Below are positions 36,192-44,503 of a stretch of 58,764 bases of DNA, one piece after another. Both the position numbers and the translations under genes were made by a program. The notes under the pieces are model-generated. The model worked only from the letters and a program-made list of their open reading frames with translations, searched no databases and was not told the origin of the DNA. The stretch's first letter is position 1; every line of letters starts with the position of its first letter. Source of the DNA: an uncultured Gammaproteobacteria bacterium (GTDB taxonomy: Bacteria > Patescibacteriota > Patescibacteriia > SBBC01 > CAIJZX01); contig CAYLHT010000006.1 in the NCBI GenBank assembly GCA_964383765.1, positions 1-58,764 on the forward strand, in the 5' to 3' direction.

Positions 36192-36584
36192 ATGACAGCG
36201 AAAGATCCGGAGAAAACTTGGGGGATCGCCCTAAGAGCCGCTAAGAACTATCTCGAGGGCGAGATCCAGAAGCATGAGTGTGGCGATCTTCTGGTAAAAC
36301 TGGAAGATCCCAAGGTTCGTCTCCTCGTGGGCCGCAACGTCAAGTTCCTGCGAACCGTGCAAGGTTTAACAGGATCAGAGCTTGAAGTGGTTGCGGGGTT
36401 GTCCAAGAACCTGGTCGGGAAATTCGAGTCAGGGGTCAAGGTCAACCCACGGTATGTGCTCATGATGGCAGCCACGTTCAAGGTTCTGCCGCACCTCCTG
36501 TTCCGGGAAGACCTGATTGAGCACCTGCGTGGCGTGGTCGCTCAAGAAATCAAAAGGTTCGGGGAGGAAAATCCTCGGTCATAG
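36192..36584 (+). CDS. cassette 3: XRE-family helix-turn-helix protein
   Basis: Trimmed to the ATG after AGGAGG. LRTVQGLTGSELEVVAGLSKNLVGKFESGVKVNPRYVLMMAATF is an HTH_XRE-like motif. Confidence 0.6.
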   Translation: MTAKDPEKTWGIALRAAKNYLEGEIQKHECGDLLVKLEDPKVRLLVGRNVKFLRTVQGLTGSELEVVAGLSKNLVGKFESGVKVNPRYVLMMAATFKVLPHLLFREDLIEHLRGVVAQEIKRFGEENPRS

Positions 36585-36655
36585 CACGTTGGAGGAAGGG
36601 GGCTCGCTCTCTTCCTCCACCCCTTTTTGTTATATTAGAAGCGAGGCGTTACATC

Positions 36656-36794
36656 TCCTAACAGCGCGTAACCGACGCGGTTTCTGGCGTCCGGCGAAGC
36701 CTGCCGCTTGCGAAACCGCTACATTTGCTGGTGTTTAGCCGCTCCGCGGCGTATGATAACACCAGCAAAAGTCGGTTACGCGCGGACGATAGCT
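36656..36794 (+). other. attC-like site 3 (139-bp three-helix class A)
   Basis: TCCTAAC-AGCGCGTAACCGAC...GTCGGTTACGCGC-GGAC-GATAGCT. Inner hairpins are GCGGTTTC..GAAACCGC and TGCTGGTGTT..AACACCAGCA. Confidence 0.85.
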
Positions 36795-37057
36795 GAAATT
36801 CCCTTTTTATTTTTCCGGTTTATCTACCGGAAATACAAAAAACTTTTTTAATTTCTTCTGTTATACTTTTTTTACTTTCCTGCCTGAATTAACATTATTG
36901 CTAGCTCAGGTAGGAGCACCAGCAAGATTCTGCTGATGCTTAAGGTGCTGTGGTCTCGCCCAAGGATTATGGTTTGCCTTGGATCCCCACTCTAGGGCAG
37001 GCGTCGCGGGCGCGACTTAAAGGCCTGACCTTTGGCTCGGTCCAGACTTGTCGCCGA

Positions 37058-37660
37058 TTATCCCTTGAGGAGATAATCGAGCATGAGATGCCAGGACTTC
37101 ACCCAGTCAAAATGTTCCTCACGGAACACTTCGGGATCGGGCTTGTCCTTGCAAATCTCGTACAAGTCGTTGTGACCGAATGGCTTGACCGGGTCACCGC
37201 CGCGCTCATAGGCATTGATCCAGCCCCTGTTGTTCGTCAGGAGCACCCGGCACTCGCCGACCATGAAAGGCGTCGGTTCAGCCTCACTCGCGTTGAAAGC
37301 GTCGAGGCAGGCAGAGGCGGGATGAGCGTGATGGTTCGAGTCGGTCAGCAGGCCTATGCACTTGGCGCCGTTTTTGATTGCGGCGTAAAGTACGAGGAAG
37401 ATGCCAACAGGCATCTCCTGGCCAGCATACGACATCCCCCGGTTGCCAAGGAGCGCAGCGCTGGCTGGCATGAGCAGATCACAGAGCACCACGTCGTACT
37501 GCTGACGGACGCTCTGGATGCTCTCCAGGTGCTCCCCGATCACGAACATGGCCTGCATCGCTTCGTCATACGACGAAACGGCGGTCACATCATGGTCGGC
37601 GAGCTGCGCTTTGGCAGCCCCCAAGTGTTTGGGATTGTCGTCGATCACGAGGATCTTCAT
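37058..37660 (-). CDS. cassette 4: CheY-like receiver-domain protein with unknown C-terminal extension
   Basis: MKILVIDDNPKHL...YDVVLCDLLMP has receiver-like acidic residues. GGGAGGTGA SD, TTGACA hexamer at 37744-37749 (minus), GC-rich. Confidence 0.55.
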   Translation of the reverse strand: MKILVIDDNPKHLGAAKAQLADHDVTAVSSYDEAMQAMFVIGEHLESIQSVRQQYDVVLCDLLMPASAALLGNRGMSYAGQEMPVGIFLVLYAAIKNGAKCIGLLTDSNHHAHPASACLDAFNASEAEPTPFMVGECRVLLTNNRGWINAYERGGDPVKPFGHNDLYEICKDKPDPEVFREEHFDWVKSWHLMLDYLLKG

Positions 37661-37829
37661 GCGGTCACCTCCCGATTGGAGTGGGTTTTGGTCAAAGGTC
37701 TAGCTAAAACGAGACCGGCCAGCATAGCATGGCCAATTCTTTTTGTCAATAGTTAGGCCAACTATAGAAATTAAAAAAGTTTTTTTGTATACGTTCCGTC
37801 AAAACGGAACAAAATAAAAAGGGAACATC

Positions 37830-37954
37830 AGCTATCAGCGCGTAAGCGGCTCCGGCTTACTCCGTTCCTCCGTAAGCCTGCGCCTAAGTTGCGCGAGTGT
37901 CGCCTTCGGCATATTATACACTCGCGCAACTTCGCTTACGCGCGGACGTTGTGC
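37830..37954 (+). other. attC-like site 4 (125-bp three-helix class B)
   Basis: AGCTATC-AGCGCGTAAGCG...CGCTTACGCGC-GGAC-GTTGTGC. Inner hairpins are GGCTTAC-tccgttcctcc-GTAAGCC and TTGCGCGAGTGT..ACACTCGCGCAA. Confidence 0.85.
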
Positions 37955-38045
37955 GCCATCGTGTTTTTTTGTAAAACAAATGAGACCCTTATTTATACTC
38001 CTTGGGTCTCAGTAGGAGTGTGGGCGCCTAGCCCTTCTATGAACC

Positions 38046-38393
38046 TTACGATTTCAGATATGCGGGCTTGTCCTCGACGAACAGTCGCCCCTTGCGCAGG
38101 TCCGTAGCGTAGACGCCCTCGACCATACGAAGGTGCGGCCACTTGCTGTCGGTGACATACGCGTTGAAGTGCCAGACATCAGCCGCACCGTGCAGAACGT
38201 CGTCGTTTTCTGCGCCAGCCGTGGTCGACCCTCGCGCCAGTTGATCGATGAACATGTGGATCGCGCCCAAGCCACCGAGATGCATGATGACTGGGAGGCG
38301 ATGGCCGTGCTGGTTGGTTTCTCCAGCACCCAACGAAGCGAGCAGATTATACTTGCTCGGTCCGTCGACGACGTTCAACGGTTGCTTTGACAT
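38046..38393 (-). CDS. cassette 5: hypothetical protein (115 aa), GC-rich
   Basis: Trimmed to MSKQPLNV..., preceded by GAAGGAGA. TTGACA hexamer at 38513-38518 (minus). Confidence 0.5.
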   Translation of the reverse strand: MSKQPLNVVDGPSKYNLLASLGAGETNQHGHRLPVIMHLGGLGAIHMFIDQLARGSTTAGAENDDVLHGAADVWHFNAYVTDSKWPHLRMVEGVYATDLRKGRLFVEDKPAYLKS

Positions 38394-38554
38394 AACGAAT
38401 CTCCTTCTGTAAGGAGCCTGGCGCACTTGTACGGCGGCGCCCACCCTTCTCCGTTTCCGGAGGGCTCGATCATCCGATCGAACAAAGTAGGTTAGCATGA
38501 AATGCTGCAATTTGTCAAGCCCGAATGTTTCTTAAAACGAAAAAACACGACAGC

Positions 38555-38693
38555 GCACAACAGCGCGTAACCGCCTCGGTTTCTGGCGTCCGGCATAGCC
38601 GTCCGCTTCCGAAACCGCTACATTTGCTGGTGTTTAGCCGCTCCGCGGCGTATGATAACACCAGCAACAGTCGGTTACGCGCAAACGTTGTCC
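38555..38693 (+). other. attC-like site 5 (class A)
   Basis: GCACAAC-AGCGCGTAACCG...CGGTTACGCGC-AAAC-GTTGTCC. Near-identical core to sites 3, 7 and 15. Confidence 0.85.
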
Positions 38694-38779
38694 GAAAATT
38701 TGCCTCCCTCGTTGTAAGATAAGCGCGGTTTCCATAAAATAAAGATGGTTGTTACTCTTCCTAAGGTATAGCAGACAAT

Positions 38780-39373
38780 ATGTCCCTATTTAACAAACGT
38801 TTAGATTCGTACGATAGTCAGGTACTCCAAACTCTTGAGAACCAAGTGAACGTATTATTCTCAGTACTTGGAGAATCGCCAAATGAGATGCATAAATTGG
38901 CCAAGAAGTTTCTTGATCAAAGTATTAGGTTATCAGAAAAGAATGGATATCGACATAAAACCAATCTTGGTGATGAAAGAATAAAGGATGTGACTTGGCT
39001 AAACAAACGAATAGCTGAAGGGTTGACCGCGGAAGACTGTAAAGATTTCTGGAATCGTGCACACGAAGTGATCTTGGGTGAATTTATCATTAATGATGTT
39101 TGGAGAAGGGGTCGAGCAAATGCATACAAGCTAACTGGGATGTCCTGGGAAGATGCTGTTAAAAGGGTTCAAAAAGATCACATCATTTATGGCGAACCAG
39201 ATCAAATTGAAGGAGGCTTCATTGGCGACAGTCGGTATATTTATCCTGAATTTGCGAAAAGATTTGAACACTGGAGAAGTACTGTCACCACCGAGCAAGA
39301 AGTAGAGCTATCTCAAAAGTATGAGACATATAATGCAATGGTTAGGGATCTGATCATTAAGAACAAAATCTGA
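38780..39373 (+). CDS. cassette 6, gene 1: hypothetical protein (197 aa), AT-rich
   Basis: Clean ORF with no recognisable motifs. Confidence 0.5.
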   Translation: MSLFNKRLDSYDSQVLQTLENQVNVLFSVLGESPNEMHKLAKKFLDQSIRLSEKNGYRHKTNLGDERIKDVTWLNKRIAEGLTAEDCKDFWNRAHEVILGEFIINDVWRRGRANAYKLTGMSWEDAVKRVQKDHIIYGEPDQIEGGFIGDSRYIYPEFAKRFEHWRSTVTTEQEVELSQKYETYNAMVRDLIIKNKI

Positions 39374-39381
39374 AGACGCAA

Positions 39382-39789
39382 ATGCCACAAACGAAATATG
39401 ATCAATCAATAATAAAAGAAGCGGTCCGCCACATTCAGAACGAATGGGATAATTTCAAGATATGTTATCAACAGTTGCACAGCCCAAACAATGCTATTTA
39501 CTTTGAATGTTTCTTATTGCACGCTCGGAATTTATATGATTTTTTCTTTACACCCAAGAAAATAAATGATGATGTTACTATAACCGACTTTGTTCCTTCT
39601 CCTTTAAAAGGTAATTCATACGTATTCCCAAAAGAGGCGATAAATAAACAGCTAAGCCATATCACATATTCAAGAGTTATTAATCCAATAAATTTATTCC
39701 CGGAACAGGATCAAATCTATTCCTACATCCACAACACACTTATCGATTACAATAATATTGCAGATGAGAGATACCGAATAACGGAATGA
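39382..39789 (+). CDS. cassette 6, gene 2: hypothetical protein (135 aa), AT-rich
   Basis: ORF 8 nt downstream of gene 1, probably co-transcribed. Confidence 0.5.
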   Translation: MPQTKYDQSIIKEAVRHIQNEWDNFKICYQQLHSPNNAIYFECFLLHARNLYDFFFTPKKINDDVTITDFVPSPLKGNSYVFPKEAINKQLSHITYSRVINPINLFPEQDQIYSYIHNTLIDYNNIADERYRITE

Positions 39790-39827
39790 AACCGCGCTTA
39801 TCTTTATGGGTCGGTCGGCAAATCTAC

Positions 39828-39885
39828 GGACAACAGCGAGTCATACGAAATAGCAAGTACTTCGTATGACTCGCAAACGTTGTAC
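39828..39885 (+). other. attC-like site 6 (short simple-hairpin class)
   Basis: GGACAAC-A-GCGAGTCATACGAA-atagcaagtac-TTCGTATGACTCGC-AAAC-GTTGTAC. Confidence 0.85.
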
Positions 39886-39959
39886 GAAATGGAGCGAGGT
39901 TTATGTAAATGAAGAGACCGCCCACAACGCGTTAGCGTGGGGCGGCCTTTGTCGCTGAT

Positions 39960-40262
39960 CTACAGCAACTTGAACGTACCTACAGGGCGATCGGCGTTTT
40001 CGTCCGTGGACTCGACGACCCATACGTTCGGTACCACACCCGGAACGTACTTGAGACGTCGGATCGTGACCCCTTGGAACCGGGGCGAAGACACATACAG
40101 CGCGATGCCTTCCTTGTCGCCGTACCCGATTGAAGTCACTGTTCCCGCGATCATGTGAGAGCTACCGAACAGGAACGGCCGCCCCACGATCTGCGTCGGA
40201 TTGTCGGGCAAACCACAGTCCGTAAGTGCTTGGCCGAACTGCGCTTCGTTCAACTGGAACAT
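39960..40262 (-). CDS. cassette 7: hypothetical protein (100 aa), GC-rich
   Basis: Trimmed to MFQLNEAQ..., preceded by AAGGAGGA. TTGACA-17-TTAAAT boxes at about 40332-40360 (minus). Confidence 0.5.
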   Translation of the reverse strand: MFQLNEAQFGQALTDCGLPDNPTQIVGRPFLFGSSHMIAGTVTSIGYGDKEGIALYVSSPRFQGVTIRRLKYVPGVVPNVWVVESTDENADRPVGTFKLL

Positions 40263-40380
40263 CGCAATCCTCCTTGTCGTTGCTACGTACACAGAGAGTG
40301 GCTGGCCAAACCTGGTGCGAACGAACTGGGCATTTAAGCACAGTTTCTCTGTACTGTCAAGGCCAACCTCGCTCCAAATC

Positions 40381-40519
40381 GTACAACAGCGCGTAACCGA
40401 CGCGGTTTCTGCCGCCCGGCGAAGCCGTTCGCATTCGAAACCGCTAAGTTTGCTGGCGTTAAGCCGCTCCGCGGCGTATGATAACACCAGCAAAAGTCGG
40501 TTACGCGCGGACGATAGTC
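40381..40519 (+). other. attC-like site 7 (class A)
   Basis: GTACAAC-AGCGCGTAACCGAC...GTCGGTTACGCGC-GGAC-GATAGTC. Confidence 0.85.
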
Positions 40520-40807
40520 GAAATATTTATTTTCTTTTTTCGGGCTAACGCCCGATTGTTTACAAAAATTTTCCAATTTCTTTTTCTCTTGAATAGAGGG
40601 GAAGTGGGTGTTTTCTCCGCTTCGCTGCGAAAACGCTTTGTTTTTGAGGGGAATCTAAAATAGCAAAACGAAACTGGGGAAAGCATGTTAATTCGCTGAA
40701 ATACGTCATTTCTCATGAAAATAAAGCTCTTCATCATATACCGGCTTGACAAGTAATATACATACGTTATACCCTTACTCAGGGTATATAATTATAAAAG
40801 GTGGTAT

Positions 40808-41029
40808 ATGGCAGCGGAATTAAGCAAACGCGACCGTTTCAAAAAACTGGCTGTTTATCGTACAAACGAAGTTTTGAAGCGACTCAAGGTCCTAGGAAAT
40901 TGTTCAAATAGAAGTGCGTACGAATACACTGAGGAAGAAGTAAATAAGATTTTTCAAGAAATTGACCGCCGGACTAAGGAAGTAAAGTCAAAGTTTTATT
41001 TTCCTAAAAATCGAAACTTTCAGCTGTAA
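40808..41029 (+). CDS. cassette 8, gene 1: small basic protein (73 aa)
   Basis: First ORF of a tightly coupled three-gene operon (TAATG overlap with the next gene). Promoter-like TTGACA-16-TATACC at 40746-40773. Confidence 0.5.
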   Translation: MAAELSKRDRFKKLAVYRTNEVLKRLKVLGNCSNRSAYEYTEEEVNKIFQEIDRRTKEVKSKFYFPKNRNFQL

Positions 41030-41925
41030 TGAAACATAACTTACCAAAACTTGCGTATAAAACTCCCTACGGCAAGATGTTCCAGGGCCTTGCTGAGCAG
41101 GTTCTTGATTCATCCAAGTTGAAACGGTATGAAGGCAAAGTTCAATTGATTTTCACTTCCCCGCCGTTTCCTCTAAACCGAAAGAAAAGGTACGGCAATA
41201 TTAAAGGTGATCCATACATTAGTTGGCTCACAAGCTTTGCGGAACTTTTTAAAAAATATTTAAAGAAAAGCGGTTCAATTGTAATTGAAATGGGAAATTC
41301 ATGGGAGCCGGGAGAGCCTATTATGTCCACCCTTGCTCTCCGTTCTTTGATCGCCTTTCACGACGTTGGAAACTATAATTTGTGCCAACAATTTGTCGTG
41401 TATAATCCGGCGCGTTTACCAAGTCCAGCGCAATGGGTCACCATTGAAAGAATTAGGGTAAAAGATGCATTTACCCACTTTTGGTGGATGTCGCCTTCTG
41501 TTAACCCAAAAGCAAGCAACAAACGAGTTTTGTCAGAATACAGTGCTTCTATGAAGCGTCTTTTGGCTAGTAAAAAATATAATGCCGGTAAAAGACCTTC
41601 GGAACATAACATTGGTGCAACGTCTTTCTTAAAAAACAACAAAGGCGCGATTAGTTCAAATGTCATTACGGCATCAAACACGAATTCCAGTGATAATTAC
41701 CAAAAGTATTGTCGAGAAAAGGGCATTGACCCTCACCCTGCAAGGATGCAAATGAAGGTCGCCGAATTTTTTATTAAGTTCCTCACTAATAAAAATGATT
41801 TAGTGCTTGATCCTTTTGCGGGGAGTAATACAACTGGAGCAGCGGCCGAGTATCTAAAACGCAAATGGATTTCTATTGAACCGTTGAAGTCGTATATTCA
41901 AGGTTCTAAAGGAAGATTCTTATGA
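41029..41925 (+). CDS. cassette 8, gene 2: DNA methyltransferase, beta-class (N4-cytosine or N6-adenine)
   Basis: Motif IV FTSPPFP comes near the N-terminus and motif I LDPFAGSNTTGAAA near the C-terminus (order IV then I). SPPF is typical of N4C/N6A enzymes. Confidence 0.75.
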   Translation: MKHNLPKLAYKTPYGKMFQGLAEQVLDSSKLKRYEGKVQLIFTSPPFPLNRKKRYGNIKGDPYISWLTSFAELFKKYLKKSGSIVIEMGNSWEPGEPIMSTLALRSLIAFHDVGNYNLCQQFVVYNPARLPSPAQWVTIERIRVKDAFTHFWWMSPSVNPKASNKRVLSEYSASMKRLLASKKYNAGKRPSEHNIGATSFLKNNKGAISSNVITASNTNSSDNYQKYCREKGIDPHPARMQMKVAEFFIKFLTNKNDLVLDPFAGSNTTGAAAEYLKRKWISIEPLKSYIQGSKGRFL

Positions 41926-44195
41926 AACTTGATGAGTTATTCAAACGATTTTCGATTGGAGAAGATATTGATGTTCTAAGTTCTGCCTTAGAAAAGTTTG
42001 TTTCAGAAAACAGAGACGCGGATTGGCATCCTATCGGGGATAAAATCAATAATAAAGGCCCGATTGAAGTCTCAGCTGACCCAGGGCGAGCATTAGTTGA
42101 AAGAGTTACTAATGCTGCTGACGCAGTTTTAGAGCTTGAGCATCATAAACATAACGGACAACCCGAGTGTCGAAGTCCACGTGAAGCGGCAACAGCTTGG
42201 CTGAATGTTCCCAATGAGGGCTTAAGTAAATTATCTACCGCCGAGCGTCGATCTTTGGCTCAAAAAGTTAAAGTAACTATCCAAAAGGGACGTACACGCC
42301 AAAACAGGATTTTTTCAGTGCGAGATTTAGGTCTCGGCATTCTTCCAGAGGACATGGGAAAGACAATCCTTTCACTTAATGAAAGCAATAAACTAGAAAA
42401 GCACTACCTGGCCGGTACTTACGGGCAAGGAGGTTCAGCAACTTTCAGTGTTAGCCAACTCTCATTTATTGCCAGTAGGAAGGCCGGTCAGAATAAAGTG
42501 GGATTCACAGTGGTGAAGTATCAAGAACTGGATCCTGAGCGGTACAAAACGGGTAATTATGTTTATCTAAGGATTAATGATCAAGTTCCTGTATTAGAAA
42601 CTAGTGATCAGGCCTTCCCTGCTGGAACACTAGTTAGGCATTTTGGTTATGACCTTAGTAAATATAACTCTTCGCTGGGCTCAGCAAGTGTATATGGCTT
42701 ATTAAATCAAGTTCTTTTTGACCCCGTGCTTCCAATTTGGCTCGACGATGACGTACAGGGATATCGAAGAACTATTAAAGGTTCCCGGAATGCGCTAAAT
42801 GGAGCTGTTGATGAAGAAGGCAAGGGCCCGTCACTTGTTCACAATATGCCTATGTTTTTTGTCGAACTGCCGGAGTATGGGCGCATAGGAATTGAGTATT
42901 GGGTTCTCGAAAGACCAACTAGTGCAGGAAAGAATCCTGCTGAAGCGTTTGTTAATTCGTCAAAACCCATTGTTCTTTCCTTAAACGGACAGAATCACGC
43001 TGAGTTGCCCAAGCTTCTCATTACCAAAGAGGCTGGAGTTCCGTACCTTGGTAACAGAGTTATTGTGCATATAGACTGCAACAGCTTGACTGGTTATGGC
43101 AAACGTAAACTTTTTTCCTCAAATCGTGAGGATGCTCGTCAGGGCCATGCACTTGAGTTAATCCGCAAAGAGGTTGTTAAAGCTCTCAATTCGGACGATG
43201 AGCTTATTAAGTTGAATAATGAAGCAAAACAATCGGTGGAAAGACAGCGAGACGAAAGCACCGTAAAGGAGATGAAAGCAGAAGTCGCTAGATTATTGAG
43301 GCTACAGGGACTCGAAATTGCAGAAGATGTTGGTTCTTCGGGGAAAAAAGGTAAAACTTCTGGAAAACGCCCTGTCCATCCAGGCCCTGGGCCATCAGTC
43401 CTTCCCCCTATAGAAATTCATGAACCACCAACTTATATTAATATTCTTTGGGATCCCGAAAAAACAATTTCATTCTATTCTGGTCAGCGACGTTATTTGC
43501 GGATTATTACTGACGCGAGCGAATCGTATCACAATGTCACAAACCCCAACCTATCGAAAGTAAATGTAATTATTTCTGGTGGAAATGATATACAGATGAA
43601 AGGAAGCACTCCTCTAAAAGGAGGAAGAATGCGTTTAATTCTCCAAGGTTCCTCTGATAAAGTTGGCACAAAACTAAAAATACGAGTCGAGCTTCAAAGA
43701 TCGGGCATGCCAGCATTATTTGATGAAAGAGAAATGGAGATGGTAAAAGAACCTGAGAAACCTAAATCTGAGTCCAGACCGACTTTGCCACCTTTTGAGG
43801 TCATTCCTGTTGGCCAAACTGACACAGACACGTGGTCAATGTTACAGTGGCCCGAAAACGTAGCCGGAGTTGCGTGTTCGGCTCTGGAAGATCAGGGCAC
43901 GCATACTGTTTATTACAATACTGATTTTCCTAAGTATGCTGAGCAGAAGGCGCAGCTTGAATCTAGAGATGTATCAATGTCTCAGTCTTTCACGAAGCGC
44001 TACGAGATTTGGCTTGCAGTCTATTCTTTATTGATGAAACAAGATGAAGAAAACGGCGTGAATAAAGACATAGAAATTGACCCAGACGTTTTGTCGAATA
44101 TTGAACGTCAAGAAAGAATTAGGACAGCAGTAATGTCAGTCATGTTCGCAAAGCGAGAGGTTCAATTTGAAACCAACACTGAAGCCGAAGAATAA
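41922..44195 (+). CDS. cassette 8, gene 3: large GHKL-type ATPase-like protein (757 aa)
   Basis: Bergerat-fold motifs ERVTNAADAV (N box), RDLGLGILPEDM (G1) and GTYGQGGSATF (G2). The long C-terminal region is uncharacterised. ATGA overlap with the methyltransferase gene. Confidence 0.55.
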   Translation: MKLDELFKRFSIGEDIDVLSSALEKFVSENRDADWHPIGDKINNKGPIEVSADPGRALVERVTNAADAVLELEHHKHNGQPECRSPREAATAWLNVPNEGLSKLSTAERRSLAQKVKVTIQKGRTRQNRIFSVRDLGLGILPEDMGKTILSLNESNKLEKHYLAGTYGQGGSATFSVSQLSFIASRKAGQNKVGFTVVKYQELDPERYKTGNYVYLRINDQVPVLETSDQAFPAGTLVRHFGYDLSKYNSSLGSASVYGLLNQVLFDPVLPIWLDDDVQGYRRTIKGSRNALNGAVDEEGKGPSLVHNMPMFFVELPEYGRIGIEYWVLERPTSAGKNPAEAFVNSSKPIVLSLNGQNHAELPKLLITKEAGVPYLGNRVIVHIDCNSLTGYGKRKLFSSNREDARQGHALELIRKEVVKALNSDDELIKLNNEAKQSVERQRDESTVKEMKAEVARLLRLQGLEIAEDVGSSGKKGKTSGKRPVHPGPGPSVLPPIEIHEPPTYINILWDPEKTISFYSGQRRYLRIITDASESYHNVTNPNLSKVNVIISGGNDIQMKGSTPLKGGRMRLILQGSSDKVGTKLKIRVELQRSGMPALFDEREMEMVKEPEKPKSESRPTLPPFEVIPVGQTDTDTWSMLQWPENVAGVACSALEDQGTHTVYYNTDFPKYAEQKAQLESRDVSMSQSFTKRYEIWLAVYSLLMKQDEENGVNKDIEIDPDVLSNIERQERIRTAVMSVMFAKREVQFETNTEAEE

Positions 44196-44327
44196 ATAGT
44201 TGTTTGCTAGTCGCCGGGCATTCACCCCTTTAATTCCCCTCTGCCCGGCGACCGATTGAGAAAAAGAAATTGGAAAACTTTTGTAAACAAGTCCCGCTGC
44301 CGCGGGACAAAATAATATAAATACATC

Positions 44328-44453
44328 GACTATCAGCGCGTTTGCGGCTACGGCTCGCTCCGTTCCTCCGCGAGCCTTCGCCTATATTGCGCGGGTGTCG
44401 CCTTCGGCATATGATACACCCGCGCAACAATCGCAAACGCGCGGACGTTAGGC
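44328..44453 (+). other. attC-like site 8 (class B)
   Basis: GACTATC-AGCGCGTTTGCG...CGCAAACGCGC-GGAC-GTTAGGC. Inner hairpins are GGCTCGC-tccgttcctcc-GCGAGCC and TTGCGCGGGTGT..ACACCCGCGCAA. Confidence 0.85.
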
Positions 44454-44503
44454 GACATTTTACTCAAAAATAATTATCTGTATATTGTGGGACGAAAAGT
44501 TTC

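Noticed and set aside
36950-37756. 268-aa plus-strand ORF antisense to the receiver-domain gene (likewise 46731..47282 and 53800..54252)
   Set aside because: These are long antisense ORFs, which are expected in GC-rich DNA. The minus-strand partners have GGAGG ribosome-binding sites, TTGACA hexamers and, for 37058..37660, a recognisable receiver-domain N-terminus.
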